A DNA stretch of 64,000 nucleotides, taken from assembly GCA_977020255.1 (NCBI GenBank), contig CDROCS010000564.1, positions 1-64,000 of the forward strand, given 5' to 3'. Shown piece after piece: positions 60,344 through 64,000 of the stretch. The notes under the pieces are model-generated. The model worked only from the letters and a program-made list of their open reading frames with translations. It ran no database searches and was not told the DNA's origin. A program made the translations under genes and the position numbers. The stretch is from Obrimoposthia wandeli. Lineage: Eukaryota. Positions within the stretch are counted from its first letter, which is position 1. Each line of letters opens with the position of its first letter.

Positions 60344-61859
60344 TAACCATTTATGTAAAACAAATATTTTTTTAATCTTCTTTTTCTTTTTATAATATTT
60401 CGAATGGTTGATTTTAAAACTTTACATGTAACAACATGCAACAACAAAGATCATTTGTGCATAATTATCAACAAATAATGGTCTTAACGGTTTTAATTTG
60501 AATTTGTTGTTATTTCTGTTTATTTTTGATATTGCATTTTCATATTGAATTAGTTTCTATCATGTTGAATATTTAATAATTTAAAATATAAATAGATTAG
60601 TTAATATTTTTGCCATAATATTTTAATATAATTATAAAACTATATATAATTACATTAGTTTAACAAAAAAATTGTCAATAGAATTTTTTTATTTACCGAA
60701 TTCTCAGTATATTCTTCTAAAATTTCCTAAAAAATTTAATGATTATTCTTGTGATTTTGCCGCTATATTTATTCAGAATATTTGTAAAAAATCCAATTTT
60801 GTTAATTTCTGTTCCACAAAATTTTAGAGATTAATTTTTTCGGGATTAATTCACAATTTATTTAATTATCACCTTGGGAAAAGAAAAAATCATATTTTTT
60901 TCAATTAAATTTCGATTTCTGAAAATATAAATGAAAACTGTAAATTTGTCTAGAAAACAGTAAAGTAATATATTTATTTATGAAAAATCATTATGAAACC
61001 TGTAAAATAAACGCAATTAATTATTTATTTTATTTTATCAGTTAGCGATAAGAAAACAAAAAACTTTCGTATATGGTTACTATTATTTTAATATATTTAA
61101 CGGAACGAAATTGTAAATTAAATATTAATATTAAGAGAGTCTCGATTTTTTTCCAATGAGTTATTTTTATAATAACTTTAAGTTTATTATTTTAAGAGCT
61201 AATTTTTACAATAAAAAACTAATTTCTAATATAAAATCGATTTTTACAACATTGCAAATAAACAATTTTGACTTGTTCAGACAATTATAAAGAAATTTGT
61301 GAATAATTCCGGGTGATTGATTATTTCCAAATTCCAAATTTATTCATTAATGTGCTCTTTTACAAACTGAAAAATCATGTTTAAGCGGTTTATTCATCAT
61401 CAGCTTCAGCATTTATTCTTATTCCAAAAGAAATAAATTTCAGGGGACATTTATTTGTAAATTAGAAAATCTTTGCAATTCAATTACCGTTTTATTTACT
61501 TTAATTTTTATTTTAATATTTATTTGTTTAAACTTTTTATTTTTGATAACTATAAGATAATATTATCTATACTTATTTAGCACAGCAACTTATGATCACT
61601 CATTATTTTACTGGATTTATTAAACTAGAACTTGATTGTTCCTGATCAGGATCATGTCAAAGAAACTTTTCATAATGCTAAAGATTATTTTGAAAGTATT
61701 TATATTCTTGCAATTTATTTTACAAATAGACAACACGTTATACCATGTTTTCTACAGCTAGTCCCCCATCCCATAACCCAAAAGTCGTGATAAAATAGTA
61801 GGATAAAAAGTAGCATTATATATACCAAAATAATAAATTTGTAGATAGTTAGTACAGTT

Positions 61860-62390
61860 TATTTTCATGTGACTGTCATTTTCTGTATTCATTTCTTTAC
61901 GGCAGTTTCTCACACAGTTCATCAGACACCATACCAAATGCTTCAGTTAGTCATGCTATGATATCAACAAGAGTAATTGGATGGGTATTGTACACAAACT
62001 CCTTGGGGTCTCCATATGAGAGAAAAAAATCAAACGAAGTCAATTTTCACAAAAGTGAAGTCTTCTGCCAGGATCATCTTCATTCAAATCATGATGACTT
62101 TAATATGCCTAATACGAAAGCAGCATTTTGCATAGGAAAAATATCACATATATTTCCCATTGCTCCAACAATATCTGTTACATTTTTCTTTTTAATGTGT
62201 AATTCCTTTTTAGATTTACCATGATTGACTTCACCGCATCTTCCAGTTTCTTCAAATCTTCTTATCAATGATGGTTTTGACTTCTTGTCACTTCAGTGTC
62301 CATAAGTTGCTTCAAAAAATAACTTTTTTAAATCATCAGTTTGATGAAAATTCTTCACAATAAAACCGAATTCTTTTCTTGTTAAAAGTT
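61860..62390 (-). pseudogene. Internally deleted Tc1/mariner transposase remnant
   Basis: LIRRFEETG; HDLNEDDPGRRLHF joined directly to LTSFDFFL.YGDPKEFVY..PITL, cf. DLTPLDFFLWG.LK..VY..P.TL. Confidence 0.68.
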
Positions 62391-64000
62391 AATGCAGGAT
62401 GATCAAATTATTGATTATAAAATCGCCTCTCATTTGATAAAAAGAAAACGGTATCAACATTGAAAATAAACTGTATTGATTAATTAATCATTAATTATTT
62501 TGTAGATATAATACAAATGACCTTTGAGGTTGAGGTAGGTCACTGTGAGACATCTAGTATTAATTTACGCCATAAACTTCAAATATTCAGTCTTCTTGTT
62601 TCGAGTCAAAGGTTTTATTAATAGTTGTGAAATTTCATTTGTTTCTTAGGGTCATATAACTGGAATTTTCTTCAATATTAATATATCCTTCAATTAATGT
62701 AGTTTCTTATATGTCGCGCTTTTTCTGAATAATTTTAAAAAATTGAATTCAACTCCGGCTTCAACCAGTGGCCAATGCATTTTCTCAATGTCATACTGTT
62801 ACTCTTCTTTATTTAGATTAAGTTGAAGGCAACTCAATCGTATATTCTGTAAATTCTATATAGCTATAAAAAATTATCAAAGTATAATAATGTTGTTTTT
62901 GCTTGAAAAATATAGAAGAAAGATACACCAATTCAACAACAACAGCAACAACAACAGCAACAACAGGAGAATAAGTTTTCAAAGCTGATGAATTAATAAA
63001 TAAATAGTCGACAAGTGACTCATATGATATGGTACCGATATTCTATGATACTTATTTTAAAAAAAATGTTTAAAAGAAAACATGAAATTACATCTGTTAC
63101 CCTGAATGTTAAACCGAAATTTAAGTTTAATTTAAGTTTAATTACAGTTCGTAAAAATTTTTGATAATGAAAAATAAATTATCCTGGATTTTGTTGATTA
63201 ATTTTTGCTATTTGTTTATCTAATTAAAATTTTTGTCTAAACATCTGGGGAATCTAATTGCGACTTGATTTAGCTTATTTTAATTTTTGTTAGTTAAAAT
63301 AACAACTTTCTTAAACTAGATACATTCGATTTTTATTTTTGTAGCTTGTGTAAGCTCTTAAAAGTTATTTTATATAAGAAACTGTTGGTAATCGTTGGTA
63401 CAGTTATGATTATCCGACAAGATGTTAATATATAAGAGCCTATAGATGATCTGCATAACATATAAAATATATACTACTTAAGCGATTTAATTTACATTGA
63501 CTGATTAATCATTAATCATTGACGTCGCGTGAACTTATCAAATCCATTTGTAGCTGCAAAAGGATGTATTTGAAAAGTTCAGTGTCATAGATATTCTCGA
63601 TTTCTACAAAACGTATCTACCATATGTATTGTTAATCAGGCTGTTTTTGTATCATTTATTTTTTGATACTACCTATACATATGAACAACTGTTTTTCTTG
63701 AATGAAAACTGTAAAAGCTAGTCAACACACATGAATTACAGACAAGAATATGGAGAACAATCTAACACAGGACCTTGTTGAGTTGTCGCTAAACTATCAG
63801 TGCCAGAAGAGTCACTAAAGTGGTTCCATATATTATGAAATGATACATATTTGTACAGCATTTTAAATGCAGCTCAATGCACGAAAGAGGCTCCCAACCC
63901 TGATTTAAGAGATAAATTAGTCCAAAATGATTACTGTAACTCTGTGATAACTCTTATGTAATGAATTCACGATTTTTATTTCATTCGGTAAAAATATATG

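Noticed and set aside
62932-62965. CAA/CAG microsatellite suggesting poly-Gln
   Set aside because: No surrounding open frame or splice context; a simple repeat.

Overview
Very AT-rich eukaryotic genomic DNA that is mostly transposon debris. The features fit an invertebrate such as a planarian flatworm, but that is an inference. The window is dominated by one structurally complete giant Ty3/Gypsy LTR retrotransposon (20712-46094, 25.4 kb, TGTT...AACA termini, 4-bp TSD GTAT). It has satellite-filled LTRs of 4.6 and 2.3 kb and a roughly 15.8-kb internal coding region, now broken by stops and frameshifts. Reconstructed order: Gag(CCHC) - SUMO/ubiquitin-like domain with SIM-like motifs and an AT-hook - Bcl-2-like domain - signal peptide plus chuvirus-type glycoprotein (env, placed BEFORE pol) - aspartic protease 1 - IAP (BIR-BIR-UBA-RING) - aspartic protease 2 - RT - RNase H - integrase - possible IPT/TIG domain - dual-specificity phosphatase plus pseudo-phosphatase - a string of signal-peptide/TM membrane proteins, followed by three separate paralogous RING-H2 ORFs. 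This is a virus-like host-manipulation toolkit inside a retrotransposon. In size and LTR length it resembles the Burro elements described from Schmidtea mediterranea; I cannot check how much of this cargo is already reported. Also present: a solo LTR of a sister family inserted in the same 6-bp target (AGTATT); a GC-rich Wamide (MIP-like) neuropeptide precursor gene; a rearranged RT/RNase H fragment with hepadnavirus-like motifs; a ubiquitin-like pseudogene; and remnants of Polinton-type PolB, Ginger2/KRBA2-like integrase, mariner/Tc1, hAT and MITE elements. All protein identifications come from motif recognition by eye, not from database searches.
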